Below the pieces are notes generated by a model, which was given only the letters and a program-made list of their open reading frames with translations, made no database searches and was not told the DNA's origin. A DNA stretch of 64,000 bases from Lama guanicoe (Eukaryota), in the NCBI GenBank assembly GCA_013239625.1, contig MU054187.1:10003231-10067230 (forward strand), in the 5' to 3' direction. Both the position numbers and the translations under genes were made by a program. Shown here in pieces: positions 11,961-29,305 of the stretch (position 1 is its first letter; each line of letters begins with the position of its first letter).

Positions 11961-13020
11961 TTAGAGGCAACCCACCCGGGGCACTGCCCTGACGGTGAAG
12001 GCAGGAGGTGTCTGGGGACACAGTGATCACTGCTCATGCCGCTCAAAGACTGAGAAGCACACGAAACTTAATACACGCATTGTTCACCTACTTACCTATC
12101 CTTATTTTGAAAAACATTTTCCATTACCTTTCCTTGACAAACTTGTGACGAACTTTTAGTATTTATCGTTCTTTCCCCTGGGTAGTAACGCCAAAGAAGC
12201 CAAGCAGGAACCACAGTTGAGTTTTTATAAGCTATGTTACTGAGACTGTGTTTCTTATTTGTAAAGTGAAATTTTAATTTTTAGGGAAAATACTGCCATA
12301 TGAGATACGAGGTCTCCAGGCAAAGACTACCTTTCGTGTTCATAGTTCAATTGATATACTTTGTATTTTTGCTGTAGCTCCTTATTCTCTGCATCCTCGT
12401 TGCCTGCCTGTTTTCTCTCCTTTTCTGTTCTTCACATCCCACGAGGTGCAAGGACGCAGCATGCCATAACCGTGGCACGAAAGCAAACTGCGGCGTGAGG
12501 CAGACTTGGGTGGAAGTCCTTCCCAGCCCCTTGGCTGCTGGTGCCTTTAGTTGCTTCTCCAAGCTCTACCCGGCCCACCATGCAGAGGGACACGCATGGG
12601 GACCCACAGCACATGGCTTGGGGCGGGTGTCTGTGTGGCACCAAGCTGCATCACGCAGCCTCTACCGGGTCCCAATCACTACCATGGCCCAAAGTGCCCG
12701 ATGTCAGGCCACCAGACTAGGCACTTTAAAACCTATTCAGTAATCACAGTAACACCTGTTTTCATTTATGCGAGCTGTAAGTTGCTACGTTTAAGAGTGA
12801 AATGTGTATTTCTGAAGACTTTAAATATGTATTTATATATACGGCTATACATTTATATTTTATATTTATTTTTTACTGGTTTAAAATTCTAAACTGAGCT
12901 TAAGGCCCATTCACTAGGAGGGCTGAGTCACATGCAATCACTGAATGTACCAAATGAAAGGCCGGGGCCCGGAGCACAGGCCTGGGGCCCAGACACAGCT
13001 GCGTTTGGGGGCAGAGCTCA

Positions 13021-13572
<552 letters not shown>

Positions 13573-14301
13573 TCACAGCTTATCAGGAAACCCACACGCC
13601 TCTCATTTCTGAAGCTCCGGTGACACGAAGCCCCCGGGCAGTGGCACACGCACCAGCTTGGCGTCCAGAGACCCGGGCTGAAAGCCGGGGCCCTCCCCCC
13701 GCGATGTGAAGGAGGCGCTTCTGGGCCTGAACAGTCTCACCAGTAACATGGGGAACAGAGACCAAGTGTCCTCTTAAAGCTCTCAAATGAGTTTAATTGG
13801 CCGTTGAGAACATCTGTTCCCCTAAGACGACACAAATATCCAATGCAAATACTACTATTCTCTCTGAATGGCATGTTTCCTTCTTAGCGTAAGTTCAAAT
13901 TTTCAAGGACAGACTTAAGCTGTCATGAAGTAAAAAGGGAGTGCAAAAAGTAACACCAATAGAATTCCACATTTTTTCAAACTAAATGCAGGCAGGCAAG
14001 TTTTCACTTTCACAAATGGATGATGGGTTTGCAAAAATAGAGCGATCTATGGCACGAAAAAAGCCTAACAAGTATAGTATAAAGTTTTTGAATTTTAAGA
14101 CAGAAAACTTCCTCCTTTCCCCTGTAACAGCAACACTGGACATGGTCTGTCTGTAAGTAAGACTGTATTTGATTCTCACGATCTCTTCCTTGGGCCCCAG
14201 CCTCTGCCCGGTCGGGCAGCCGGGCCGGGATGCACAGCCGGTGGCCTTTCCCAGCTCCGCACCGAGCAGCCGCACAGGCTGACACTCAGCCCAGAGCCTT
14301 A

Positions 14302-14463
<162 letters not shown>

Positions 14464-15012
14464 TTAACTGACGAGGCATCTCACGGGGAGGCAGCCTGCG
14501 CGGAGCACACGCTGTGGGCAGCGGGGCACCTGCTGCGAGACAGCAGAGCGTCCTGGCCCTGTGCACTGGCGTCACACAGAAAATGCACACTCGGCTGCGC
14601 AGGGGTGCTAAGTTGGGCATTTCTATGTTTAGAATCTCCTCCCTTTTCAAGCTGGGGAGAAAAAACAACTTTTGCCTGGGAAAGCGCAGTTTCTGTTTTA
14701 GGGCTGAGTGCCAGGGGAGGAAAGAGCCAGTGACAGGAGATGCCTGGCACCACTGGAGTGAAGACATCGATGGCAATGCCGTCCAATAAAGACCCTGTGG
14801 CCCAATCGGGGCTGGACCTGTCTCGACCAGCTCCCCACCTGAATGTTCCCCTTTTCCCTTCTCGCTAAGAAATAAAGCCGCTTCCTCTCTCCCTCTGCCT
14901 CTACTGAGAATTCTTTCCCTCTTGGTGAGCAAAACCCACACGCTGGGACCGGGCATGATTTGCCCACACGCCTGGGGAGCTTTCCGATTTGGGGGTCTCT
15001 CTCTCTCTGCTA

Positions 15013-15342
<330 letters not shown>

Positions 15343-15439
15343 TCAATTTAGAAATCCATGCTCCCAAAGACTATAGAACTTAACCCGTTCTGTCTCAACA
15401 GAAAAAATGCATCTTGTTATTTAATTTCCAGAATCTTCA

Positions 15440-16960
<1,521 letters not shown>

Positions 16961-19074
16961 TTACAATGCTAAGGAAACATTAACATGTATGAAGGCAACT
17001 TGCACGTTTCACACTGAGGACAGCCTGCTTCTGCACATAAGCACTAGTTGGTAAAAGCTTAACTTAACCATATTTAGAAAAGCCTTAGAAAATTGACTTT
17101 TTAAGTAAACAAATACATTCAAAATGACTTAGAAAAGTAAGTATGTTCAAAATCCACTACAAATTTACAAATAAGACTTAGGTTATTCCTTAATAAAATG
17201 GATCAAATGGAGTAAAAGCTACACCTTTAATAGCATTTACTACAAACCCAAGTTTGCCTTCTGACTCTGGGTAAAAGAAAAACCCACACCAGAAACAGAT
17301 GACAGGGACTCGACCTGAGGCTGGAAGTGAGGGGCAGCCGAGAACCCTGACCGACGGGACCACACGGGGGCAATCAGAGCACGTGTTCTATTTGGACCCA
17401 GGTTAGTAGTTGTAGCTAAGAGGCCCTTCTATTTCCAAAGGGACCCAGAAGCACAGACGGCTATGAAGTCACACTGAGCATATGATTATACGAGTGACAG
17501 CGGGAAGGACCCAGTGCTCCCACACCGCAGGGGCTGGGACATGCGCTTCAACAACTCGGCTGGGAATCTAGCAGCCGACAGGACCTGCTTCTTCACAGAG
17601 CTTTCCCTTTCACTGGCCATCCGGTTAAGTAAATGGAGAAATCGAGGTTAGGAGAGACGCCTCAACCGCTGAAGCCCCGGAGGGCTGGCAGCCCTGCCGC
17701 AGCTCCCGGGGGGATGTGCCGGGCCTGCTGGGGGGCGGGTGCCTGGGGGGAGCTGTCTGCTCGGCGGCCTCAAGGCAACGGCTCCAGCTCCGCGTGACGG
17801 ACTTGACAGTCCTTCAGTTTTCTCCTACTTCGCTTCTGTTACAAATTCCCTTTTCCAGCACCAATTTCTGGGAGTGAAATTCATGTTTTAGGGATTTGGG
17901 GGAGATAGCAAAATAACTTGCTTAAATTTATTCTTATTTAGGTCATTCATAAAGGCTCCTTCCCAGACAGTTTTCAGAAATGCTGCAGCACTGAGTATTC
18001 TGTGCTTGGTACCAGACCTCAAGTCAAAAGACAAAGAATAAAAGACACCCCAAATCCCATGGCTGTCTCCTCTTAGCACCCCCTCATCCAAGTGGTAAGA
18101 GCACTTCTCGGCCCCGGGAGCAGGAGTCTGGGGCAGCACACCCGGACTCGGGGGCTCGGAGAAGGTGGATGTCCGAGGAGACACATCTCATCAGCTCCAA
18201 AGGCCGCTGCTCAGGTGGTCAGAGCTGTCAGCGGGCAGCTGAGGGCCGATGAGGAAACTGCAGGATGAGGTTCTAACTTCAGTCTCACTGGCAAGACCAG
18301 TAGCATGTTTAGGGGACAATATCTATTTGTCCACAAGGGCTGACACTGCCAAGGGTCACACAGGCAACCATTTCACCGGTCACAGGAGAGGGAGCAGAGC
18401 CAAGTGAAGATGAACTCTGAAGGTCAGCAGGCACTGGAGGAGACGCTGGAGCAGCGGTGAAACTGTGCAGAAGGAACATGACGGCTGCCCCCCGGGAACA
18501 GGGCCAAAGGCCCTGCCTGCACTAGGGGTGTCCGAGCAGGAGGTCCTGGCGGATGCCTCCTCCCGGAGCAGAGCACCCACAACTGTCCACCACGTGGGGG
18601 CTCACGGGGACACGGTGAACGTGCCCTAAACAACCTGGCAGGGTTGGAGCAGGTGTCTGGCAGAAGAAGGAAGCTGAGCCCTTGGTTCAGGGTGGCGGGG
18701 AGCAGCTCCCTTCACTCTAGTTAAAGCAATGCTCCCAGATCAACCAAGTGAAAACTCTACAATGTGTGACCATGTCCTTCCCTTTCAAAGTAAAGTGTAT
18801 TTCAGTGTGGTCTTGGGGCTGAGAGAGAGCAAAGCCACGTCCTCACGGCATTTTCCAGTGCAGACTGAAGCTGTTAGGGATTCCTGTATGAGCCATGCTG
18901 CTCTCCAGAGAACAGGAATAAAAAATGAAAATGGGCCACTCATCACCACCCAACTCCCTTTTAAGAAGTTTAAGACTGAAGCCAGAGGCTTCTTTCAAGG
19001 AGGACACTACGTCTGCCCCCTCTCAAGAACAAATGTAAGCAGCTAAGATTAACAAAAATTACCTGAAATAAACT

Positions 19075-20205
19075 AACTGAAAATGGGCCAATATAAGAGC
19101 CATAAACGTAAAACTCTTCGAAGAAAATACTGGGGTAGAAAACCTTCTTGGCCTCGGACTTGGCTGTGGATTCCTAACTAGGACACCAAAAGCATGAGCA
19201 GCAACACAAAAACAGATAAATAAGACTTCATCAAAATTTAAACCTTTTGTACCTCAGCAAACACTAACAGTAAGAAGTGACAAGACCTAAAGAATGGGAG
19301 AAAATAAAAATTTGCAAATCATGTATGTGACATGGGTGTAGCATCCAGAGTATGTAACAAACTCTTCTAATTCAACAACAACAAAAAATCCAATTAAAAA
19401 TGAGCAAAGGACATGAATCGATATTTTTCCAAAGATATACAAATGGCCAATAACATGAGAAAGAAAAAATATTCAACATCATTAATCATTAGGGAAATAC
19501 AGAGTAAAACCACAATGAGAGAACACTTTACACCCACTAGGATGCCTATTAGAGGGGCGGGGAGGAGGGGAAGGAAAAAAGAAATGTTTGTAATGATGTG
19601 AAAAAACTGAAATTGCTGGTGGGAATATAAAATGGCACAGCCACTGTGGAACACATTTCAGGGATTCCTCAAAATGTTAGGCATAGAATTATCAAATGAC
19701 CCAGCAATTTTACTCTAGGTATGTAACCAGAAGAATTAGAAACAGGTAGTTAAATAATACTTGTACACAGACATTCAAAGCAGCAGTACTCATTCTAACT
19801 AAAAGGTGCAACAAACCCAATGTCCATCAGCCGGGTATAGGATAAACAGAATGCAGCACATCCACCCCAGGGACAGTCAGCTACAAAAAGGAATGTAGGA
19901 ACCACTGATCCACTTTACAACGTGGATGGACCTTGAAAATATTACGCTAAATAAAAGCCAAACACAAAAAGCCACGCTGTGTGATTCTGTTTATACGAAA
20001 TGAGCAGAATATGCAAATCTGCAGACAAAGAGCAGGTCTGTGGCTGCCAGCGGCCAGGGAAGGGGAGAACCAGGGCGACAGCATGATGGTTACAGAATGG
20101 TTACAGGGGTTCTCTGGGGTGTAAGACTGTTTTAGAACTAGATAGAGGCAGTGACTGCACACACTATAAGTGTACTAAATGCCACTGAATTGTTCACTTT
20201 ATAAA
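19075..20205 (+). mobile_element. L1MB-type 3' fragment (ORF2 end and 3' UTR)
   Basis: gacttcatcaaaatttaaac, gacccagcaattttactctagg, actaaatgccactgaattgttcacttt. Confidence 0.85.
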
Positions 20206-20710
20206 AAGTTACTTTTGTTCTTTTCTCTGTTACAACTTTCCTTCAGTAAATGAAATTGAACCAAGTTAGTAAAAAAAAAAAAAACAGAAGGAATTCCCCT
20301 TTGCGAGAAGAGCTGAATGCAGGCGAGGGAGGCGCAGAGGAGACCTGGGTCGGGGCGGCAGAGGGCAGGGAAGGCTGGCCCCTCAGGAAGCCCAGGAGGA
20401 AGGCATGTCGGGTCCCACTTTAGCTGAACACGGGACCCGCAGGCAGAAGGGGATGCTGAGGAAGACCCATGTGCGTGTACCAACCCCGCATGAAAGCACG
20501 GCAGAGAAAGCTGGTCCTGCAGGTGCTGGCCGAGTCCCCGAGCATGCCCAGGGGAGCGTCTATCAGGGGACGCCCGAGCTGGAGCAAGTGTAGTAACAAA
20601 GCGACCACACAACCGACTACAGCACGTCTGCTGGTAAAGGCAGAAGCACGAATCTCACACCCTGCCTACACAGAACAAAACACACTGTTTTTATTAAGAG
20701 AATAACTCAC

Positions 20711-20843
20711 TTGCTGTGGGTTTGATTTTGCTGACTTCTTCACTCACAGCGGAGACAGAAGCCAATGGAGCTTGCTGTCTATTATCTGCAGATCTCGGCT
20801 GAACAGAATCATGAATATCTACAGATTTCTGCGATATTGTATC
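20711..20843 (-). CDS. ARFGEF1: ARFGEF1 exon 34, [18 protein letters not shown]...KIKPTA(K)
   Basis: actag / gtgagt; 133 nt, phase 0/1. Confidence 0.94.
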
Positions 20844-21294
20844 CTAGTAAAACAAACAAAAAATTCATTATAAGTAAAATGAATAAAGGCTAATGAGGAA
20901 AAAGTTTCTATTACACTGTTTTTTAAGAAAATTATATTGTGTCCCTATGAAAATGACACTGTACACACTGCAATTATGGACAGAATGAAAAAATTATTTA
21001 ATATTACCTAAACATGGGTAAGAGCTGATAATCTTTATGAGAAAAGCTTCCTTTCTGACCTTCGATGGGCATGGGCCTGACACCACTCCAGACCAACAGA
21101 TAAAAACAGAACACATGCATGTGGGCGGGGGGGGGGGCGGCGCGGATCTCTGCAAGCTTTGTAAGAGAGCGTTTAGGGAAGGATGCTCTGTCACCTAAGA
21201 AATCAGTGACCAGAAAGGTCAGTGAGAAGGTGACCAACTAGGAGAGTGGTGTCATGAAGAGAAGCTGACATGCAAATCCAACAGAGCTGCACCA

Positions 21295-21410
21295 GAACTC
21301 AGACCCAGCCATGTGTGACCTTGGAAAAGCAATGACTCTTCCTGGGCTGAGGTTTTCTGATCTGAAATGGAGATGACCCTTTCCTTGCTAAGGACGTAGG
21401 TAACAAATGC
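21295..21410 (+). mobile_element. MIR core
   Basis: tgtgtgaccttggaaaag...gaggttttctgatctgaaatgg. Confidence 0.55.
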
Positions 21411-21611
21411 AACGCAAAAGCACAGTGTCGGACAACAGATGGTGGCTGACGTGACTGCTCTTCTGGCCATACACTGTCCCAGCGTGCAGCACACCCAGAG
21501 AGGAGACAGAACTTGGTTTCAAGATGAACTGAAATTCTGACGTAACAGTCCCAGATACAGATGTAGGAATCGCCTACTGGCTCCATTTCTCTGGTACAAC
21601 ACTGACATACA

Positions 21612-22976
21612 GATTTTGGTACCATGAAGTGGATGCTGCTGTAACAAATACCTAAAAATGTGGAAGTGGCTTTGGAACTGGGCAATGGTAGAGGCTAGAG
21701 GAATTCTGAGGCATATGACAGAAAAAAACGTAAAGTGCCTTGAAGAGACCGTTGGTAGAAAAACACGTTAACCTCAACTCTGATAAGGATTCAGAAGGAA
21801 TGAAATGCATGGTACAGAAAGCTTCTATCATCCTGAAGAACATATATACGGTTGTGAATAGAATGTCGATAGAAATATGAATGTTAGAGGCGTTTCCTCA
21901 GAAAGAAACCAGGAACATGTGACTGGATACTGGAAGAATGGTGGCCCTTGTCACAAGCAGCAGAAAACTTGGCTGAACTGTGCTGCACTGCTGGGTGGAA
22001 AGCAGAACTTGTACGTGAGGGACTTGGATAAGCAGCTGAGATCTCCAAGGTGCTGAAGGTGTGGCCTGGTTTCCCCTTAGTGATTACAGAAAAACATGAG
22101 TAAGGAGATGCATTAAGCAAAAAGAAACTAGCATGTGATGACTTGAGAGGCTCTTCACCTATCCAGATTGCAAAGGACGCTAAAATCGGGCAATTCAATG
22201 TTAGCAAGCATGCCCTGGGTAGCTGGACAACTGTCTGCGGAAGCGATTAGGTGTGTGACTAATGGTTCCAAACAAGCAGAAGCCAGAAAAAGAGACAGGG
22301 TTATCCAGGAAGATGTGCTGATAACCCTCCTGTTTAATGGTGTGGATTTTCTTGACATACACCAGGATTTTGAGAATAGTATACCAGCAGAAACATACCA
22401 ACCTGTACTGAAAGGGACAGAAAAAACATGAAATGAAAGAAGGCTGTCAGGCTTCTGGGATTCCTCAGGCAAGAAATGGGTTGACAGAGCTCCTTAACTG
22501 CAAACATGTGCTAACTTTTAAGGAAAGGAGTACATTCAGAGGGCAGAGCTGCAGAGCTCCTTCTGGTCAGAGGGAGAAGCCACGGGCCCAGAGGGCAGAG
22601 CATCAAGCCCCAGAGATTATCCTCAGGCACTGAAATTTAATGAATTTGCCCTCCTGGGTTTTGAACTTGCTTAGGACCAGTGACCCTTTCATTTCTTCCA
22701 ATTTTTTCCCTGTGGAATGAGAATATTTACCCTATGCTTGCCTATCACTGTATTTCACAAGCATGTAATCTGTCTGCTAGGTCCACAGATGCAGAGAAAT
22801 CTTGTTCCAGAATAGACCACATACTTGATCTAGGTGACTTAGATGATGAGATTTAGATGAGATTTTGGACTTGGTACTGATGCTGTAGTAAGTTGAGACT
22901 TTTGGGGATATTGGGACAGAGTGAGTATCTTTGTCCAAAAGATAAGACATAAACTTTTGGGCACCAGAGGGCAGAC
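21612..22976 (+). mobile_element. ERVL-MaLR internal sequence (MLT1-int-like)
   Basis: Starts gattttggtacc...gctgctgtaacaaatacctaaaaatgtggaagtggctttggaactggg; ends in purine-rich ccagagggcagac. Confidence 0.8.
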
Positions 22977-23418
22977 TGTTAGTGGGCTAAATTGTGGTGC
23001 CAGAAAGGTAAATCCAAGTCCTAACCTTTGATACCTGTGAAGGCTACATGGAACTAGGGTCTTTAAAGTTAAGGATCTTGAGATAAGTTCATTCTGAATT
23101 TAAGGTGGACTCTAAATCTAATGACCAGTGTCCTTATAAGAGAAAGGAGAGATAGATTTGACCTTACACAGCTATGTAAAGATGGAGGCAGAGGATGGAG
23201 TGATGTGTGTATAAGCCACGGAATGCCAAGGGTTGTGAGCAGTCATTAGAAGCTAGAAGAAGCCAAGAAAGATCCTCCCTTAAGGCCTTGGGAGGGAATG
23301 TGGCCTTGCTGATATCTTGAGTTTGGACCTCTGGTCTCCAGAACTGTGAGAGAATAAACTTCTGTTGTTTGAAGCCACTAAGTTTATAGTAATTTATGGC
23401 AGACCTAGGAAACAAACA
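22977..23418 (+). mobile_element. MaLR LTR (MLT1C-like)
   Basis: TG...CA ends; ctaatgaccagtgtccttataagag, ctccagaactgtgagagaataaacttctgttg. Confidence 0.85.
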
Positions 23419-23730
23419 GGCTGGGTGAAGGGTATATTACAATTCTTTACACTGTTTTTGTAACTTAAAGGTAAAATTATATCAAAATGGAAAGTTTAAA
23501 TAAAATAACATCCAATAATATCTTGAGCCTGGTATGTGAATCAGTATGTAGTAACCCGGTACCTGCGTCTTGCACTCCTGAAATCATTTTATTCTATGTC
23601 TCACACCATCTATATTTTATGCCCCCTTTTTAGAAGAGTTGGGCTCATATACAAGAATTTACTCTATGGTAAAATTACTTACCACAGACAGTTAAATAAA
23701 GCATATTTTAAATTAGTTATTAAAACTTAC

Positions 23731-23803
23731 CAACTGTTTTTCACTCACAGGAGATGGAGGTGGGGGAGCAGTTTCTCCTGAAGAGGGACGCCAGGTCAAG
23801 AGC
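23731..23803 (-). CDS. ARFGEF1: ARFGEF1 exon 33, (A)[24 protein letters not shown]
   Basis: ttaaag / gtaagt; 73 nt, phase 2/0. Confidence 0.93.
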
Positions 23804-24385
23804 CTTTAAAACACCAAAGTCACAGCAATCAGAGTGGGAAGCATGCCACATCCAGCATACTTTGAAATGACATGAGCTGGGAAGTAAGTTCAAGTTGTCC
23901 TACAAACAACCCAGGTGCCATCAACAGTCACTCAGCGAGGCTATGTCTTAGCTTCCCCATCAGTAAAACTTCCCCTACAATTCAATTACAAACTTATCCC
24001 TTAGAAAGAGATGACAATTAACTGTAAAATACAACATTTGCAAATAAACTTTCCTTAGATTATTAAATTTACAGAACTAAAATAAATGCTGAGCTTTTTT
24101 TTCCAATTCAGAACTACTGTTTGGTTTAAACTGTATGAATAAAATCTGATAAAATCACTTCATTATGACCCAAATTTTGGATGCTCAGACTAAAGGTTTT
24201 GGTTTACAAAAAATTTTATTCATGTATCTGTTATGGTTTATAGGAGTTTTACGAAATAAATACAAATTCATGGAACACTGAGATATTTTAAAAAGGATTT
24301 CCATTATGAGAAATCACTAGGTACTATCAAACCTTTTATATCCATCACTCAATATACAAACATCAAGTTGTATAAAATAGTCTTA

Positions 24386-24556
<171 letters not shown>

Positions 24557-24587
24557 TTACCAGGGTCACATTTAACACTTTGTGTCA

Positions 24588-24743
<156 letters not shown>

Positions 24744-25755
24744 CTACGGGGGAAACAGGCATTAAACGAAGGTCAGACCGTTCATCAACTACTAGAATTA
24801 GAAAAGAAACATGCTGCATACTTAAAACACAAGCCTGTGTTCCTTTCAGAGCACTTAATTCCCTCCAGAATATTACATTCATCTCAGAGACTTCGTATCT
24901 GGTATCTATTTCTCTTCATTATCCCATAACCATCTATGTATAAAATGATTCAACTATTTTCTGTACTTTTTGTTTTAATCATAAAAAACAACCACTTAAG
25001 AGAAAAAAAACCACTACTGCTTTGTCTTGCTATTAATGTTGTGATTTTTCAAACAAGGGGCACTAATAACAACTGGCCATGCTCCAGAACATGACAGAAC
25101 ATAAAAGAAAAACAGGAAGGAGGTAACAGGAACTTACCCAAGTGGGGTTAGCATGGGTTTAAAATGAAACTGGTGTAAGCAGTTCCTTTATTTTTCTCAA
25201 ATACATAAATGATTAATCTGAATTGATGATTTTTATATATGGTTTTGTGCCAGTGCATAGACATATGTCTACTTACTAAGACATTTTAAGCATCTACCTG
25301 TAGGTCTAAAGCAGTTTTGTGCAGGTCAGTGAGGCCTTAAATCTGCATTTAATCCACTACATGGGCCAAAACACGAAGACCTGCTATTCTCTCCCCACAC
25401 TAACTGAAATGAGTACCTATCACTGTGTGTAGTGAAAGACACTGAAACAAATAAAACTTACCATGTATTCTTTATTAATTCAGAATAAGTCACTATGAAT
25501 ACGAAGGAAAGCTACTGATGTTTTAGTTGTGACAATATTAAAATGAGGAAGATACTGGAAGTTCAATTAAAAACACCAAAAGCAAAATCCCAATTCATTA
25601 ACTCAGTTCTACCCCCAAATCGTATTGTTTATAAAGACGTACTATATTATAATGCCTTAAAGAAAAACCTTCTAGTATTTTTTTTTCTGTTCACTACATT
25701 TAATTTGAAATACTAAAATGTATTAGAAAAAGAGAGCCTTTTGACTTGAGTGTTA

Positions 25756-25932
<177 letters not shown>

Positions 25933-28297
25933 TTAAAAAAGCATATCACATCAAAATCCCCCTCCTAAAATAGTTTTTATAGTTCACAAAACTATTGAAA
26001 ACAAAGTTTAACAACCAGCTTTAAGCTTTGCTTTCAACAGCTTCGTGAGCTTTAGAGATTTAAGCTTTAAAACAGGCTTCCTTAGGATGCATCATTTAGG
26101 GAAAAACTCCAAAGGCCTTGGTCTTAAAAATTTTTTTCTTTTCTTTTTCTTCCACTCCCATCCCATCATTTCAGCATTTTAAAATTGTAAATGAAATTAC
26201 AGATTGAGGAAGATCATCATTTGGGTGAATATTAATTTTGTGGAAGAAAATATACTGACATTAATCTAAGAACAAATTAAAATTAGATTTTGGAAAAACT
26301 TTTTCAAAGAGCTATATGAATTTTTAGCCAACACTCTAATTGTTCATATAATATCCTCAAACTAAAGGATATTATATGGGGGGGGGAATATCATGTGGGC
26401 AGGGTGCCTGTTTCCTGCTGTATCCCAGGCACAGAGCAGCTCGATACATAGTGAAGTATTCGTTGAATGAAGAGTATTCCATTCATTTCTTCTGAGTAAG
26501 TATTAAAACTAAAACTCAAAATTGCCTTCCTGATTTCTTACTATCTTTCTTGAATAAAGTCTTCATTAAAAAGCTTGATCTTTTCTCTACACATTAATCT
26601 CTTCTAGTAAACTATAGGTACCCTTCCATTTAGGAAAGATTTGTATTTCCAAAAGTCTGAGGGAAGTAAGCTGGAACAAAGTTTCTCCGGGTTAATTATT
26701 TAACTCTAAATCTACAGAATTTTGAGAGACTCAAATGAGAATACACATGGAAGTACTTTGTAATTAGCGTGTTACATAAATCATGGTGCTGCATTTTAAA
26801 ATGTAATCCAGACAACTGCCCTTCCAAATCCCGGAATGAGATAAGAAAAAGCCATCACTGAACAAAGTTTACTCATATTTTCTCTCTTTTTTTTTTACCA
26901 ACTAGAACACATATTTTCTCCTCTCTTTCACAACTCATCCATAATCTGGAACACAGGGTATGGTGAGAAGCAACGTAGCGTGGTCCCAGACAAGGACAGA
27001 CTAAGAGACTAAGAGAGCAGATAGGTCCTGAGTCTAACCGATTTCTATAAATAAACAAGGGCAGGGAGAGGGTGTTGAGTTTACAAGACTTTTCAGTTAT
27101 GACATGGCAGTTGCTCTACTGAAGTGGCTGGACATTTGAAAGCTGGAAATCTGAATAATTTAGAGTTACATCAATTGGCGGCTGTCTTGAATTCTATCAA
27201 AGTTCCTAAAAGGTCCACCAACAAAAATTTCTCAATGCCTAAATGCAAAATAAAACGTTAGAGCCTTTCACCTAAGCCTGCCTGCTCTCAGAAAGAAAGA
27301 AAGAAAGTCATATGTTCTTGTGATTACTAAATTCTATGACAAGTTCCCAAGGTTTGAGTCCTATTTTAGATTATTTTCTATTTCATAAAAATTTGTTGTA
27401 ACAAATGATACTATAAAAATGAAAAATTTCTTAGGATATAAAACAAACTTAACCTTGGCTGGGGATGAGTGTGCTTCTGACATAAGGGGAGGAAGGAGAG
27501 ATTCATTCTTTAATTACATTCTATCACTGATTTGTTACAAGTCTGTATTCTTTCTGACTTAAAAAAAAATCCAATAAATCTAACTGTCCAAAGGACTAAA
27601 AAGGAGGCGGGAATATATAAAAGAGGGATTTTGTTTAACACAATACTGAACTCATGCCAAGCACTGCTGACAGATACCAAGACACACAAGTTGGTCACTT
27701 CAATCTGGCGGTCAAAAATACAGGGTGAGAAAAACTATACTATTGGATTGATATGGAATGTAACAAGTTCATATAACAAGTTCTTATAAGAAGAGTGGGC
27801 TGAGCACTTGTCTGATTACATTACATTCATAATAGTTTCTTTACAAATGGACTATATATTCATATAGTTCTTTTATTGAGAATGTACTTTTGAGAGAGTT
27901 AAATTCTTTTTGAATAGGCCTAAGTTATTCAAAACTGTTACTGGACAGTCTTTAAAGAGAAATAGTTCTTTGCCTAAAATACACCAAAGACATGCATTTG
28001 GAAATTTTTATCATTCGTCAGGAAATAAAATTCTGCCACTAGCTTCAATTTCTGATTGGAAACAGATGTATGAAAAGACAATGTGTAAATTAACAAAGAA
28101 CCTAAAACTCAAAGTAGGCCATAATCATATTTTAAGGAAAAGTAATTTATTTCCATTTTTATTGTTGCTCAATTCATTTTAAAATCTGCCTAATAATTAC
28201 ATTTGATAAAACTGAACTTGTGTTCACATAAGAAAAGTTAATTTGATTAACATCACAATAAGCCTTTTAGAATTTTAATTACAAATACTGATTGTTA

Positions 28298-28498
<201 letters not shown>

Positions 28499-28944
28499 CT
28501 AAAAAAATGTTTAAATGCTTTACAAATCAAAAGCGAGCAATCTGATAAACAACTTGTATTAAGGTGGAGACTACAACTGCCTGCAGGTCATGGACAGAAT
28601 TCAAAAGCTGGTTTTAGCTGCAACTCCGTCACCAGCTTTCTGCATTATTCAGGTTTCCACATTTATCATTTAAGTGGGACGACACCACACAGCCACCCCA
28701 AGCACACTGGGAGGTGTGACGATCACATGAGCAGATGTAAGAGGTATTAAGCACCCAAAGGTCCATGACAGGATGCAGTAAAGATCTATGAAGCATCACT
28801 TCTCCTTGTGACAGTTACAAAGACAGATTCAGACACACAAGTTAAAGCTGGCAGCCTGGCTGCCGATTCAACCTTTCACTTCAGTGCTTAAGCCCACACC
28901 CTCCCACAGAGAACTTCTGTATGCAGAGCACGATAGGTAAGACA

Positions 28945-29165
28945 TAGTACATTAAGGTAATGGCTAAAAACACAGGCTTGAGTTCAAATCCTAGGTCTCC
29001 TTTACTATCCCAGGGGCATATTTTTTTTAACTTCTTTGTGCCTCAGATTCCTTATCTATATGGGACTACAACACATCTTATCCTAGAAAGCTATTATGGA
29101 AAATTAAAAAAGTTAATAGAAGTGAAACACTCAGAAAAATACCTGAAATCTTCAACAAATGTAAC
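28945..29165 (+). mobile_element. MIR
   Basis: gagttcaaatcctagg...ctttgtgcctcagattccttatctata. Confidence 0.65.
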
Positions 29166-29305
29166 CATAACTCAGAATCAAGCTCAAATAATTCTGGGGT
29201 TAACTGAAAAATAAATGCTTCATATACCCTCAATTTCCAAATAAACTTAGATTTCAGACTGGAAATAAATGTTCAGTAAAATTTTGTCACTAAATGATGC
29301 TATAC

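Noticed and set aside
21123..21145. G-run gggcgggggggggggcggcgcgg as a G-quadruplex
   Set aside because: A simple homopolymer tract in a GC-rich intron with no supporting context
21884..22633. Cluster of 66-107 aa ORFs
   Set aside because: They lie in degenerate MaLR internal sequence with no intact gag or pol motifs
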